DNA of 64,000 bases from Eledone cirrhosa (GCA_964016885.1 OZ024745.1:97340001-97404000), one strand, 5' to 3'; shown: positions 41,565 through 54,674, counted from the first letter of the stretch. Numbers and translations: made by a program. The notes: generated by a model from the sequence alone, not told the origin.

Positions 41565-44540
41565 GAGAGCGAATGAGTGAATGAGAGAGTGAGCGAGAGA
41601 GCGAGTGAGTGGATGAGAGAGTGAGCGAGGGAGCGAGTGAGTGGATGAGAGAGTGGGAGGGTGAGAGAGCGTGTGAGTGGATGAGAGAGTGAGCGAGAGA
41701 GCGAGTGAGTGAATGAGAGAGTGAGCGAGTGAGTGGATGAGAGAGTGAGCGAGAGAGCGTGTGAGTGGATGAGAGAGTGAGCGAGAGAGCGAGTGAGTGG
41801 ATGAGAGAGTGAGCGAGAGAACGAGTGAGTGGATGAGAGAGTGAGTGAGAGAGCGTGTGAGTGGATGAAAGAGTGAGCGAGAGAGCGAGTGGGTGGATGA
41901 GAGAGTGAGCGAGAGAGCGAGTGAGTGGATGAGAGAGTGAGAGGGTGAGAGAGCGTGTGAGTGGATGAGAGAGTGAGCGAGAGAGCGAGTGAGTGAATGA
42001 GAGAGTGAGCGAGAGAGCGAGTGAGTGGATGAGAGAGTGAGCGAGAGAGCGTGTGAGTGGATGAGAGAGTGAGCGAGAGAGCGAGTGAGTGGATGAGAGA
42101 GTGAGCGAGAGAGCGAGTGAGTGGATGAGAGAGTGAGCGAGAGAGCGTGTGAGTGGATGAGAGAGTGAGCGAGAGAGCGAGTGAGTGGATGAGAGAGTAA
42201 GCGAGAGAGCGTGTGAGTGGATGAGAGAGTGAGCGAGAGAGCGAGTGAGTGGATGAGAGAGTGAGCGAGAGAGCGAGTGAGTGGATGAGAGAGTGGGCAA
42301 GAGAGCGTGTGAGTGGATGAGAGAGTGAGCGAGAGAGCGAGTGAGTGGATGAGAGAGTGAGCGAGAGAGCGTGTGAGTGGATGAGAGAGTGAGCGAGAGA
42401 GCGAGTGAGTGGATGAGAGAGTGAGCGAGTGAGTGGATGAGAGAGTGAGCGAGGGAGCGAGTGAGTGAATGAGAGAGTGAGCGAGAGAGCGAGTGAGTGG
42501 ATGAGAGAGTGAGCGAAAGAGCGTGTGAGTGGATGAGAGAGTGAGCGAGAGAGCGAGTGAGTGGATGAGAGAGTGAGCAAGAGAGCGAGTGAGTGGATGA
42601 GAGAGTGAGCGAGAGAGCGTGTGAGTGGATGAGAGAGTGAGCGAGAGAGCGAGTGAGTGGATGAGAGAGTGAGCGAGAGAGCGAGTGAGTGGATGAGAGA
42701 GTGAGAGGGTGAGAGAGCGTGTGAGTGGATGAGAGAGTGAGCGAGAGAGCGAGTGAGTGAATGAGAGAGTGAGCGAGAGAGCGAGTGAGTGGATGAGAGA
42801 GTGAGCGAGAGAGCGTGTGAGTGGATGAGAGAGTGAGCGAGAGAGCGAGTGAGTGGATGAGAGAGTGAGCGAGAGAGCGAGTGAGTGGATGAGAGAGTGA
42901 GCGAGAGAGCGTGTGAGTGGATGAGAGAGTGAGCGAGAGAGCGAGTGAGTGGATGAGAGAGTGAGAGGGTGAGAGAGCGTGTGAGTGGATGAGAGAGTGA
43001 GCGAGAGAGCGTGTGAGTGGATGAGAGAGTGAGAGGGTGAGAGAGCGTGTGAGTGGATGAGAGAGTGAGCGAGAGAGCGTGTGAGTGGATGAGAGAGTGA
43101 GCGAGAGAGCGTGTGAGTGGATGAGAGAGTGAGAGAGTGAGAGAGCGTGTGAGTGGATGAGAGAGTGAGCGAGAGAGCGAGTGAGTGGACGAGAGAGTGA
43201 GAGGGTGAGAGAGCGTGTGAGTGAGCAAGAGAGCGAGTGAGTGAATGAGAGAGTGGGCAAGAGAGCGACTGAGTGAATGAGAGAGTGGGCAAGAGAACGA
43301 CTGAGTGAATGAGAGAGTGGGCAAGAGAGCGACTGAGTGAATGAGAAGGTGGGCAAGAGAGCGACTGAGTAAATGAGAGAGTTAGCAAGAGAGCGACTGA
43401 GTGAATGAGAGAGTGGGCAAGAGAGCGACTGAGTGAATGAGAGAGTGGGCAAGAGAGCGACTGAGTGAATGAGAGGGTGGGCAAGAGAGCGACTGAGTGA
43501 ATGAGAGAGTGGGCAAGAGAGCGACTGAGTGAATGAGAGAGTGGGCAAGAGAGCGACTCAGTGAATGAGAGAGTGGACAAGAGAGCGACTGAGTGAATGA
43601 GAGAGTGGGCAAGAGAGCGACTGAGTGAATGAGAGGGTGGGCAAGAGAGCGACTGAGTGAATGAGAGGGTGGGCAAGAGAGCGAGTGAGTGAATGAGAGA
43701 GTGGGCAAGAGAGCGACTGAGTCAATGAGAGAGTGGGCAAGAGAGCGACTGAGTGAATGAGAGAGTGGGCAAGAGAACGACTGAGTGAATGAGAGAGTGG
43801 GCAAGAGAGCGACTGAGTGAATGAGAGAGTGGGCAAGAGAGCGACTGAGTGAATGAGAGGGTGGGCAAGAGAGCGACTGAGTGAATGAGAGAGTGGGCAA
43901 GAGAGCGACTAAGTCAATGAGAGAGTGGGCAAGAGAGCGACTGAGTGAATGAGAGAGTGGACAAGAGAGCGACTGAGTGAATGAGAGAGTGGGCAAGAGA
44001 GTGACTGAGTGAATGAGAGAGTGGGCAAGAGAGCGACTGAGTGAATGAGAGGGTGGGCAAGAGAGCGACTGAGTCAATGAGAGAGTGGGCAAGAGAGCAA
44101 GTGAGTGAATGAGAGAGTGGGCAAGAGAGCGACTGAGTGAATGAGAGAGTGGGCAAGAGACCGACTGAGTGAATGAGAGAGTGGGCAAGAGAGCGACTGA
44201 GTGAATGAGAGGGTGGGCAAGAGAGCGACTGAGTGAATGAGAGAGTGGGCAAGAGAGCGACTGAGTCAATGAGAGAGTGGGCAAGAGAGCGAGTGAGTGA
44301 ATGAGAGAGTGGGCAAGAGAGCGACTGAGTCAATGAGAGAGTGGGCAAGAGAGCGACTGAGTGAATGAGAGAGTGGGCAAGAGAGCGACTGAGTGAATGA
44401 GAAGGTGGGCAAGAGAGCGACTGAGTCAATGAGAGAGTGGGCAAGAGAGCGACTGAGTGAATGAGAGAGTGGGGAAGAGAGCGACTGAGTGAATGAGAGA
44501 GTAGGCAAGAGAGCGAGTGAGTGAATGAGAGAGTGGGGAA
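41565..44540. repeat. ~3-kb purine-rich 32-bp satellite with two variant blocks
   Basis: gagtgagtggatgagagagtgagcgagagagc up to ~43220, then gactgagtgaatgagagagtgggcaagagagc. Confidence 0.95.
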
Positions 44541-44744
44541 GAATGATGATGAGATAAAGTAATAGAACAGTATAAAATTAATTAGGTAAAGAGCCCATCA
44601 TAGATTTAATTAGCAGTGCCAGGTTTACATACAAATTACAAATGACACCAATAGAACACATACACAATAGATGACCTCTTCAATTAAATTGACTTTCATC
44701 TTTTAATTTTCAATATAAACATATCAACATGAATTGTATTCTTG

Positions 44745-44747
<3 letters not shown>

Positions 44748-44790
<43 letters not shown>

Positions 44791-44850
44791 AACACATATA
44801 CACGCACAATCACACACAAACATATACGTGTATGTATATATATATATATT

Positions 44851-44889
<39 letters not shown>

Positions 44890-45033
44890 ATTTATATACA
44901 TACATAACTATATATATACATACACATATATAGATATACATATATATATACATATATACATACATATACACACACATCCATCCATATATATTTATATATA
45001 TCTATACGTTCATACACACACACACACACATCC

Positions 45034-45066
<33 letters not shown>

Positions 45067-45079
45067 CATACACACACAT

Positions 45080-45119
<40 letters not shown>

Positions 45120-46857
45120 ATATACATACATACACACATCCATCCATATATATATATATATATTCACAGACACATCCATCCATATATATGTGTGTGTGTG
45201 TGTATACATGTGTATGTATATACGTGTGTGTGTGTATACATGTGTGTGTGTATACACATGTGTGTGTATATATGTGTGTGTGTATACATGTGTCTGTATG
45301 CACATGTGTGTGTATATATGTGTGTGTGTATACATGTGTGTGTATGCACATGTGTGTGTGTATACACATGTGTGTGTATATATGTGTGTGTGTATACATA
45401 TGTGTGTGTATGCACATGTGTGTGTGTATACATGTGTGTGTGTATACATATGTGTGTGTGTATACATGTGTATGTATATACGTGTGTGTGTGTATACATG
45501 TGTGTGTGTATACACATGTGTGTGTATATATGTGTGTGTGTATACATATGTGTGTGTATGCACATGTGTGTGTGTATACATGTGTGTGTGTATACATATG
45601 TGTGTGTGTATACATGTGTATGTATATACGTGTGTGTGTGTATACATGTGTGTGTGTATACACATGTGTGTGTATATATGTGTGTGTGTATACATATGTG
45701 TGTGTATGCACATGTGTGTGTGTATACATGTGTGTGTGTATACATATGTGTGTGTGTATACATGTGTATGTATATACGTGTGTGTGTGTATACATATGTG
45801 TGTGTGTATACATATGTGTGTGTGTATACATGTGTGTGTATACATGTGTGTGTGTATACATGTGTGTGTGTATACACATGTGTGTGTATATATGTGTGTG
45901 TGTATACATGTGTGTATGCACATGTGTGTGTGTATACATATGTGTGTGTATACATGTGTGTGTATACATGTGTGTGTGTATACATGTGTGTGTGTATACA
46001 CATGTGTGTGTATATATGTGTGTGTGTATACATATGTGTGTGTATGCACATGTGTGTATGTATACATGTGTGTGTGTATACATGTGTGTGTGTGTGTATA
46101 TATGTGTGTGTGTATACATGTGTGTGTATGCACATGTGTGTGTGTATACATATGTGTGTGTGTATACATGTGTATGTATATACGTGTGTGTGTGTATACA
46201 TGTGTGTGTGTATACACATGTGTGTATACATGTGTGTATGCACATGTGTGTGTGTATACATATGTGTGTGTATACATATGTGTGTGTGTATACATGTGTA
46301 TGTGTATACATATGTGTGTATACATGTGTGCGTGTATACATGTGTATGTGTTTGTGTGTGTGTATGTATGTATCACAGGAGGAGACAAACACGAGCGTAT
46401 ATTTAATTTAAATTGTCTTCCTTCCTCACTGTTGACATGATGTCAGTGTTGTAATTTCATTTCCAACTTACCTTCTTACTCTGGATAAATAATAAATAAA
46501 GCTCAGCAGACGTCACAATGTTCCTTTGTGGAACAGTAAAATATTATCTCTAACAGTATGTCATAGCTACGGTGTAGCAGGCAATTTCATTGCAATAATT
46601 ATCTCGGCTAATGTAATAGTAAAATACCATGATATTGCGTAATATTTATTAATAATTTCAATGAATACTATCCAAACAGATTGTTCAATTTTTATTTCTT
46701 CTATGAGAATGTAACATATTGTATATATGTACGTGGACATACTAGTTTCTGTGAGTGTATGTGTGTATATGTGTGTGTTTGTATGTATATATATATGTAT
46801 ATATATATATATGTGTGTGTGTGTGTATATATGTGTGTGTTTGTATGTATATATATG

Positions 46858-46925
<68 letters not shown>
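44748..46925. repeat. Compound (TG)n/(TA)n purine-pyrimidine alternating array
   Basis: tgtgtgtatacatgtg units, with a unique island at ~46375-46740. Confidence 0.9.
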
Positions 46926-46929
<4 letters not shown>

Positions 46930-47045
46930 GGTGTGTGGCTGTGTGGTTAGAGAATTGGATTCGCAATCTTGAGGTTGTGAGTTCGATTCCCGGATCGAGC
47001 GATGCGTTATGTCCTTGAGCAAGACACTTTATTTCACGTTGCTAC
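46926..47045 (+). mobile_element. tRNA-derived SINE 5' part
   Basis: tggctgtgtggttag (A box), gagttcgattccc (B box), tgtccttgagcaagacactt. Confidence 0.7.
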
Positions 47046-47213
47046 TTCTACCTGGAGTTGCGACCGATAGATAGTATTAGCAATAGGAAAGACCAACGGA
47101 AACATTGTTTCCACGGTCCGATTTGACGAAAGTCAATCGACTGTCGATATATATATATATATATATTAAGAAAGTAAAACAAAGAACCTTCAATACATCA
47201 AAAGTCTTCATTA

Positions 47214-47251
47214 GCCGACAATGTTTCGTCCTATTAAGGACTCATCAGGGC
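47214..47251 (-). ncRNA. Canonical minimal type I hammerhead ribozyme in a ~120-bp TA-flanked element (47166-47284)
   Basis: GCC-CUGAUGA-GUCC-uuaaua-GGAC-GAA-AC-auu-GU-C-GGC. Confidence 0.85.
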
Positions 47252-47320
47252 AATTAAAACAACAAGAAGTATTATCGGCCAATACATATATATATAGATA
47301 TAGATATAGATATATATGCG

Positions 47321-47382
<62 letters not shown>

Positions 47383-47465
47383 AAAATTGAACGGGAACAA
47401 AACAGAGAGGCAGTACGAACAAATGTTTATTAGTTTCACGCTCTTGAGAGTGGGGTGGTGGTGGG

Positions 47466-47501
47466 GAACGACGTTTCGGGCATAAGCCCTTCTTCAGGCG
47501 A
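47466..47501 (-). ncRNA. Minimal hammerhead motif at the 3' end of the PLE
   Basis: CUGAAGA-a-GGGC-uuau-GCCC-GAA-ACGU-C; self-complementary stem III; weak stem I in this copy. Confidence 0.75.
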
Positions 47502-47752
47502 AAAGTGTGTGGGAAGAGAGTTCCAAGAGTGTGTGGGGGAGTGGGGGAGAGACGTTTAGAAGAAAGGGGGTGAGAGGAAACGGTACAAATGAAAATAAAT
47601 ATAAAAGCATAATAAAAATAAAAATAAACATGAAGTAAAACAAGTGGTGGAAGGGTGTGGGGCGTGTAGGGGTGGTGGCGGGTGGAGTGGGGAGAGGGAG
47701 GTGGGGTGTCCGATCGGGGAGGGCTGAAGGTGGTGTGTGTGTGTAGGTGTAC

Positions 47753-47805
<53 letters not shown>

Positions 47806-48999
47806 TGTGTGTGTATGTGAATGTGAGAGTTGGGGGAAGAACGGGGTTGCATGTTCAGGAAAAGGTGTGTGTGGGGTGGGGTGTAGGTCGGTGTGTGTGT
47901 GCGTGTGTGGATGGGAAGGGGTCAGAGGGGTGGGGGAGGGGAGGAGAGGATTCCAAGGCTGAGTGTGTAAATAAGTGGTGGTACGCACGTGTGTATGGTG
48001 TTTATACGTATTGTAGATGTAGGTGGCGTGTGGGAAAAAAATGTTTTTTTAATTTATTGCCGTGGGTGAGTTCCTAAGGTAGTTCCGTAGCGGATGTGGT
48101 GGGATGCCGGGTAATTTCCTTGTGATGGAGTTGATTCGTGGGAGCGATGTCCAATGTGTGTAATCCGTGGTTGGGGTGGTCGGAAGGAGGGAGATGTGGG
48201 GTGCGCCCGCAACGGGAAGTGGTCAGAGGGTCAAGGCAGCAGGAGGGTTGTGTGTCTGTGTGTGCGGAGAGGTGGTCAGATAGAGACAGGGCATAGCAGC
48301 AGTCGGGGAGAATGGCAGGTGGAGAAAGTGGGTGTGTCAGTGTGTGCGGAGGTGCGGTGGACAGGGGAGAGGATGGGTAGGTGTGAAAGGTGGAGTGGGG
48401 GTGTATTAGTAGAGGTGTTAGTGGGATGTGTGTGTGTGTGAGAAGTGGTGTGGGTGGAGAGTGGAGGGGGAGGGGAGAGAAAGGTGTGGGGGCCGGTGGA
48501 GGGAGTGTAGTGTACTGGTGTGTGCGTGTGCGTGTTTGGATGAGTGTGTGTGTGTGGTGAAGAGGGTGTTAGTGGGTGTTAGTATACTGGTGGTGGGGAA
48601 AGGGTTGAATGCGGGTGTTAGTGGGGGTTAGTGGTGGTAGGGTGTGTAGAGTGGGTGGTGTAAGTGGGTGTGTGTGTTCGTCTGCGTGGGGTCGGGGGGG
48701 AGTGGTATTAGTTGTGGGGTGGTGGGAGTGGATGTGTGGATGTGAGGGTTAGTAGTGGTAGTATGGTGTGTGATTAGTGTGAGTGCGTGTATATATGTAC
48801 CGGTGGGTGTGTGCGTGATAAGGGGAGGGGTGGAGAAGAAAGGAGGGATGTTAGTATTGTTAGTTGGGGAAGGGTGGTCGGGTGTGGGGTGGGAGTGTTA
48901 GTATTGTTAGTTGTGGGGTGGGCGGTGAAAAGGAGGGGTGTGTTAATGGTGTTAGTGGGGGATATGTGTGGGGGGTGGGGTGGAATGGCGGTCGAAGGC

Positions 49000-51772
49000 T
49001 AAAGGAATAGGGTGGGGAGTTCAGGCTGGGGGGGGGGGTCTGTAGGGTGAAGATGGTGCGTTGTTCGACCCTGAGGAGGGTGGCGGGTGTTCCGTGGCAT
49101 TGGAGTAGGCCACAGACTGTGAGGTGGTGCGTGGAATGTCCAGGGGCGCCAAAGTGGCGGGCGATGGGGGAACTACCGCCGAGACGAATATCCCGGAGGT
49201 GTTCAGTGAAACGGTCCGCCAGGCGACGTCCAGTCTGTCCGACGTAGGTTGCGCTGCACTCCGTGCAGCGAAGTCCATAGACTAGGTTGGAGGAGGTGCA
49301 GCGGAAGGCATGCCAGACAGAGAGAGAGTGGTCGTTGGGACCCTGGAAGGTGGTGGTGTTGGTGATGTGTGGACAGGTGTTGCAACGAGGCCTGGAACAG
49401 GGAAAGGAACCGGGGGAGGTAGGGAGCTGCGGACGAGGAGGGTTCGGAGATTGCGTGCGCGTTTGAAGGAGGGGAGTGGTGGGGCTGGGAAGATGTGGGA
49501 GGTGGAGGGGTCGGACTGGAGGCGGAGGATGGTGCGGTGGAGGGCAGGGTGGAGGGGTGGTAGGTGATGGGGAAGGGGAGACGGTGGGTGGCTGTGCGGT
49601 GGCTTGGGGTGAGGCTTGTGGAGCGGTGGACAGCACGGGTGAGGGTGGTGTGGATGAGAGTATGTGTGTGTGTGGGGGGGGTAACCTCTGCGGATGAAAT
49701 GGCTGACTAGGGAAAGGGCCTGGGACTCAAAGTCAGCATCTCGGCTACAGAGGCGGCGGATCCTGAGGAGTTGGGAGTAGGGAATATAGTGTTTAGTGTG
49801 TGTAGGGTGGGAGGAGGTGAATCGAGGTAGGAGTGGGAGTCGGTGGGTTTGAAGAAGGCGGAGGTGACGAGGGAGTGGTGGGAGGGGTCGAAGGCGACGG
49901 AGATGTCTAAGAAGTGGACGTGGGTGGTGGAGATAGAGGTGGCGGGAGGGGTGGAAGGAGCAGAAGAAGGAGAGAAAGGAGTCGAGCTGTTCTCGGGTGA
50001 GGGTCGTGGCTCCGATACAGTTGTCGATGTAACGACCGTATAGTTTGGGCGTGGGACCGGTGTACTGGGCAAAGATTTGGGCCTCAACATGGCCAACAAA
50101 AAGGTTGGCATAGTTTGGGCCCATTCTTGTGCCCATGGCTACCCCCGTGACCTGTTGGTAAAACTCACCCGAGAAGGAGAAACAGTTGAGCGTGAGGATC
50201 AGCTCGGCGAGGCGAAGGAGGGTGGAGGTGGAGGGGATGGGGTGGGGAGAAGGTCGAGGTAGAGCTTGAGGGCACGTAGGCCGTCGGCGTGGGGGATGAC
50301 TGTATAGAGCGACTTGATATCTAGGGTGAAGAGGAAGGGCTATGGGCCGGGTGGGAAGGTGAGGGAGTCGAATAGGCGAAGGGCGTGGTTGGTGTCGGGG
50401 ATGTGGGAGGGGAGGGTGGTGACGAGGGGGGCGAGGATGGAGTCAAGAAAGGCGGAGATGAGTTCGGTGGGGCAGTTGCAAGCGGAGACGGTGGGGCGGC
50501 CGGGGTTGTCGGGTTTGTGGTGTTTGGGGAGGAAGTAGATGCGGAGGGTGTGGACGATGAGGTGGGAAGCGGTGGGAGGCGGGAGGAGGGAGGAGGAGAC
50601 AAGGTGTTGGATGGTGGAGGAAACTTGTTGTTGGTAGAAGGGTGTGGGATCGGAGGGTAGAGGGCGGTAGAAGAGGGGGTTACGGAGCTGCCTGAGGGCT
50701 TCAGCCGTGTAGAGGTCAGCGTGCCACACAACCATAGCGCCTCCCTTGTCCGCCGGTTTGATGACGATGTCATCTCGGCTACGGAGGGAGCGGAGATCGA
50801 GGAGTTCGCCCCGTGAGATGTTATTCCGTTGGGACCGGTGGCGTAAGTCGAAGCGATTAACTGCGCTGCGGCTGGCATCGACGAACGCGTCCAGGGTGCT
50901 AAATTGCCCTGGGGCCGGCGTCCAAGACGATGGTCGTCGGCCCAGGGCGAGAAACGGGTCTGGGGCGTTCGGAACCGGTGGCGTTTGACCGAAATGTGCC
51001 TGTAGCTTCGTGCGTCGTACGAATCGCTCGACTTCCGTTCGGGTGCGGAACTCGTCGCTGTGCGGTGTGTAGGGTATGAAGCGAAGGCCTCTACTGAGGA
51101 GTGAGCGCTCAGGTGCGGAGAGGGGGAGGTCAGGGGGTATGGTGACAACAAGTGGTGGGGTTTGGGTGTGTGAGGGAGGAGGGAGGGTGTGGTGAGGAGT
51201 GAGGTGGAGGGTGGTGATTGGGTAGGGGGTAGGGTGAGGGAGTGATGGAGAGTGGTGGGAGGGGGTGGGGGTCATAGGGATGGGCGGGTGGTGGTGGATG
51301 GGGTGGGAGGGAGGAGTATGTGTAGCTTACGGGCTTTGGTGGAGGTGAGGAAGGAGAAGAGGTCGTGGTTGAGGTTTTGGATGAAGAGGAGGATGGCGTG
51401 GGCGAGGAGGGGGTGACAGGCGGAGTTAAGGCGGAGGAGGGTGGGGTCAGTTGGTAGTAAGTTTGCGGATGGTGGAGCGGGAGGCGCGGAGGGAGTTGCG
51501 CATTAGGAGGCGCGAGGATCGGGTGAGGATACGTTGGGTGGAGGGGGAAGCGAGGGGGGAGGTGTGGAAGTGTAGACGGAAGCCGAGGGGGATAAGGTGG
51601 AGGTGGAGGCAGTGGCTGAGGAAATGGATGTGGCTGCAGTGCCGGGTTTTGGCGAAGAGAAGGTAGGAGAGTTGAAGGGCCGAGGGGAGATAGCAGAGTG
51701 GGGGGAGGGGGGGGGGAGGAAAAGTTTGAGGCGGGTGTGGAGTTGGTGGAGAAAGGATCTCAGGCTGGGCAT
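49000..51772 (-). pseudogene. PLE RT + GIY-YIG endonuclease ORF (disrupted)
   Basis: Pieces in ORFs 51503-51772, 50340-51275, 49282-50136, 48860-49636. Confidence 0.88.
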
Positions 51773-52185
51773 GGTGGGCGTGGAATGAAAGCAGGGGGAG
51801 GAATGAGAAGGAAGGTGTGTGAAGCGGGGGGTGGGGACGAAGGGGTGATGCGAATGATAGGCAGAGACGAGGAAGGGAAAATCAAACAGAAATAACGTAA
51901 GGAGAGGAGAGTATACACAGGAAAATCATAGACAAAAAATCATAATCGTAAAAACACAGGCAATCATGGACAGAAAATCATAGACAGAAATAAACAAGTA
52001 CAGTAAATAAATAAATCAAAAAGTAATGCAAAGAAAGGAAAAACCGGGAAAAAACAAGTTGTGGGAAGGTGTGGGGAAAGTTCAGAGAGTGGTCACGGCG
52101 GATTAGATCGGGGTTGAGCCGGTAATCAAGGTAGTATTCCAAGGAGGTATGGAAGCCGTGGGAGCGTGTATTATATATACATACA

Positions 52186-52330
52186 TAATATAGAAATGGC
52201 TTCTACAGGACTACAACTTCGAATGAAACAGTTCTAGTCATGTAGAAGCCATTTCTATATTAAACATTTATACTCTGGTATATATTGAGTACCTTACTTA
52301 CTGTGGTTATTCCCGATTGAACCCGGGATG
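52186..52330 (+). mobile_element. Family A element, 5'-truncated, palindrome 52186-52262
   Basis: gaatGAAACAGttctagtcaTGTAgaagcc with inverted copy; TATTGAGTAC at 52283. Confidence 0.7.
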
Positions 52331-52585
52331 CGCACACACACACACATATATATATATATGGGGGAGGGGGCAATTAGCAGAGTCTTTAGAACGTCGACTA
52401 GAATACTTTACGGTATTTGTTCCGGCTCTCTGCGCTTTTAGTTCAAATCCCGCTGTCGTCAATTTTGCATTTCATCCTTTCGACGAATTCAGTATTGTGA
52501 TCGATTCTTCCTCTATATATCTTTCTCAGTTCCTCTCTATCTATCTATCCATCTATCCCTATTTCTCTCTCTCTCTCTCTCCCTT

Positions 52586-52616
<31 letters not shown>

Positions 52617-52725
52617 CTCTCCGGAAGAAATTAGCTGTGTTCAGAAGAATGGGCCCAGCCATATTTAAAATGCCCCAGAAACACTGTCATAACCGTCCCT
52701 GTGACTGCACAACTATGAGTTACGG

Positions 52726-53042
52726 TATAATAAACCTTCAAAAGAGTTGTTGCTCAAAAATATTGTAATCATTATCTATCGTACACTCTGTGGCATCCTT
52801 TTATAAAAAAGAGACTCATAACGAACTCAAGACGACACGATAATTATTTAAGCTAATGTTCAATATCTCATATTAGATGTTTAGTAATGATTAATACGAA
52901 ATGCACTTAAACCGAATTCTATATTATAAATTCACTGAAATAATTATCGTGTCGTCTTGAGTTCGTTATGAGTCTCTTTTTTATAAAAGGATGCCACAGA
53001 GTGTACGGTAGATAATGATGACACTTTTGAAGGTTTATTATA
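52726..53042. repeat. Inverted repeat, ~105-120-bp arms with ~90-bp spacer
   Basis: 52726-52848 is the reverse complement of 52938-53042, with one indel. Confidence 0.85.
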
Positions 53043-53817
53043 ACATTCTGTGGCTCTTTTGAGCTTGCACATTTTTCAGGTCTAGTTTAATATTTTTTTA
53101 AGGCAACGCTTGTAATAACTATAGTTCAAAATGATATATATATTAATAATAAATTATCGTTGTAATGTAATTAGATTATATAATTGTATTTTATAAATGA
53201 TATTATAAATATTATTGTAAGATGTATAAAAATATTTTCAGATTTTTAATATAAACAACTACAGAAAACAATCAATATTAAATAAATATATTTTACATAA
53301 TAATTGTTATAGTTGAATTAATAAAAATTAAATATTACATACAAATAGTCTAACATAATAAAAAAAATAATCTAACATAATAATAATAAAATAATCTAAC
53401 ATAAAACGAACAATAATATGGACAAATATACAAGTAAATATAATACAACCAATATTATAAGCATGTTATAACGAACTGAAAAAAATAGTTAATATAAATT
53501 TAAAAAATCATATATAACTTACCAAAACGAGAAAAATATTTTGATGATAAACGACGAAATACAGGAGGAAGATTCGAAAGCGAAACGATAAATAAACGTG
53601 CAAACAAAGTGGCGGATGCTTTTGAGCAACAATTACTCTCATTGGTTGATTAGCCAATAAGACGATTAAATTAGCCAATAAGACGATACATTACAAAAGA
53701 TGTTTGGCAGGGATCACCACGGCCACGAAACCCCTTGAATTGTTTATTCACAAGCTACGCATATATGTCAGACATGCAGACTTAAAACATTCTGTTGTTA
53801 GTCACTGCGTGTCTAAC

Positions 53818-53895
<78 letters not shown>

Positions 53896-53902
<7 letters not shown>

Positions 53903-54320
53903 ATCAAAAGATGGTTAAAAGAGTTCCATGTATTTTATTATGCGCATTTCAAAAACAAATATCATCATGCAATAACATTTGTGTTTTCATCAGATAAAAT
54001 AGGAAGACATGATATGAAGGTTAAAAAACACTTGTAAATAGTGCAGTTTTAAATCAACATATGTTGATTTAAAACTGCACTATTCACAAGTGTGTTTTAA
54101 CCTTCATATCATGTCTTCCTATTTTATCTGACGAAAACGCAAATGTTATTGCATGATGATATTTGATTTTGAAATGCGCATAATAAAATACATGGAACTC
54201 TTTTAACCATCTTTTGATCTTATATATTATGTATACTCCAGTCCTACAAACTGTAGAGTGCTTCTTATCCGATATCTGCATTGCTTTATTGTACTACAAT
54301 AAAACTCACCTCCTACACAT
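53896..54320 (+). mobile_element. Family G HHR element, spacerless palindrome centred at 54060/54061
   Basis: ~165-bp arms; HHR in each arm; ~95-bp unique tail; TA-flanked. Confidence 0.85.
54120..54190 (+). ncRNA. Type I hammerhead ribozyme motif; mirror on - at 53931-54001
   Basis: UAUUUUAU-CUGA(C/U)GA-AAA..CAAAUGUUA...UAUUUG..UUU-GAA-AUGCGCAU-A-AUAAAAUA; 8-bp stem I, palindromic stem III, AUA triplet. Confidence 0.78.
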
Positions 54321-54580
54321 ATATATATATATATATATAGTCTTCAACCTTTCTGTATTTATCGTTATTGTGATATAACGATAAATACGGTCGTTTTTCT
54401 TGGTGTCACATTTATTTCAACTTTTATGTTTACTCTGGACGATAATGTTCGCTCTATTCATTGTTTGGTAATTGCTTCAAACAATTCGATTAGTACCTGC
54501 TATATTGCAGCTATAACTCCGATTCATAATCAATATATATATATATATATTCTTTGCTTAAACTTTAATCTCTTCGTATA

Positions 54581-54657
<77 letters not shown>

Positions 54658-54674
54658 TATAGATATATAGATAT

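Larger units (their letters stand above)
47379..52170 (-). mobile_element. Near full-length Penelope-like element (Neptune-type), frameshifted
   Basis: LLSRGLRFIP, IVIKPADKGGAMVV, YFLPKHHKP..PGRP, MGTRMGPNYANLF, RYID, linker CSRPRCNTC, GIY-YIG NLVYGLRCTECSATYVGQTGRRLADRFTEH; TA tracts at both ends. Confidence 0.92.

Noticed and set aside
41090-46440. 700-aa SHPLTRS and CVYT ORFs
   Set aside because: Products of the 32-bp satellite and the TG/TA array.
46460-46640. Minus-strand gtaagt donor suggesting an exon
   Set aside because: No open coding frame with a recognisable product and no clear acceptor.
46926-47000. tRNA gene
   Set aside because: Has A/B boxes but no proper cloverleaf and continues into a SINE body.
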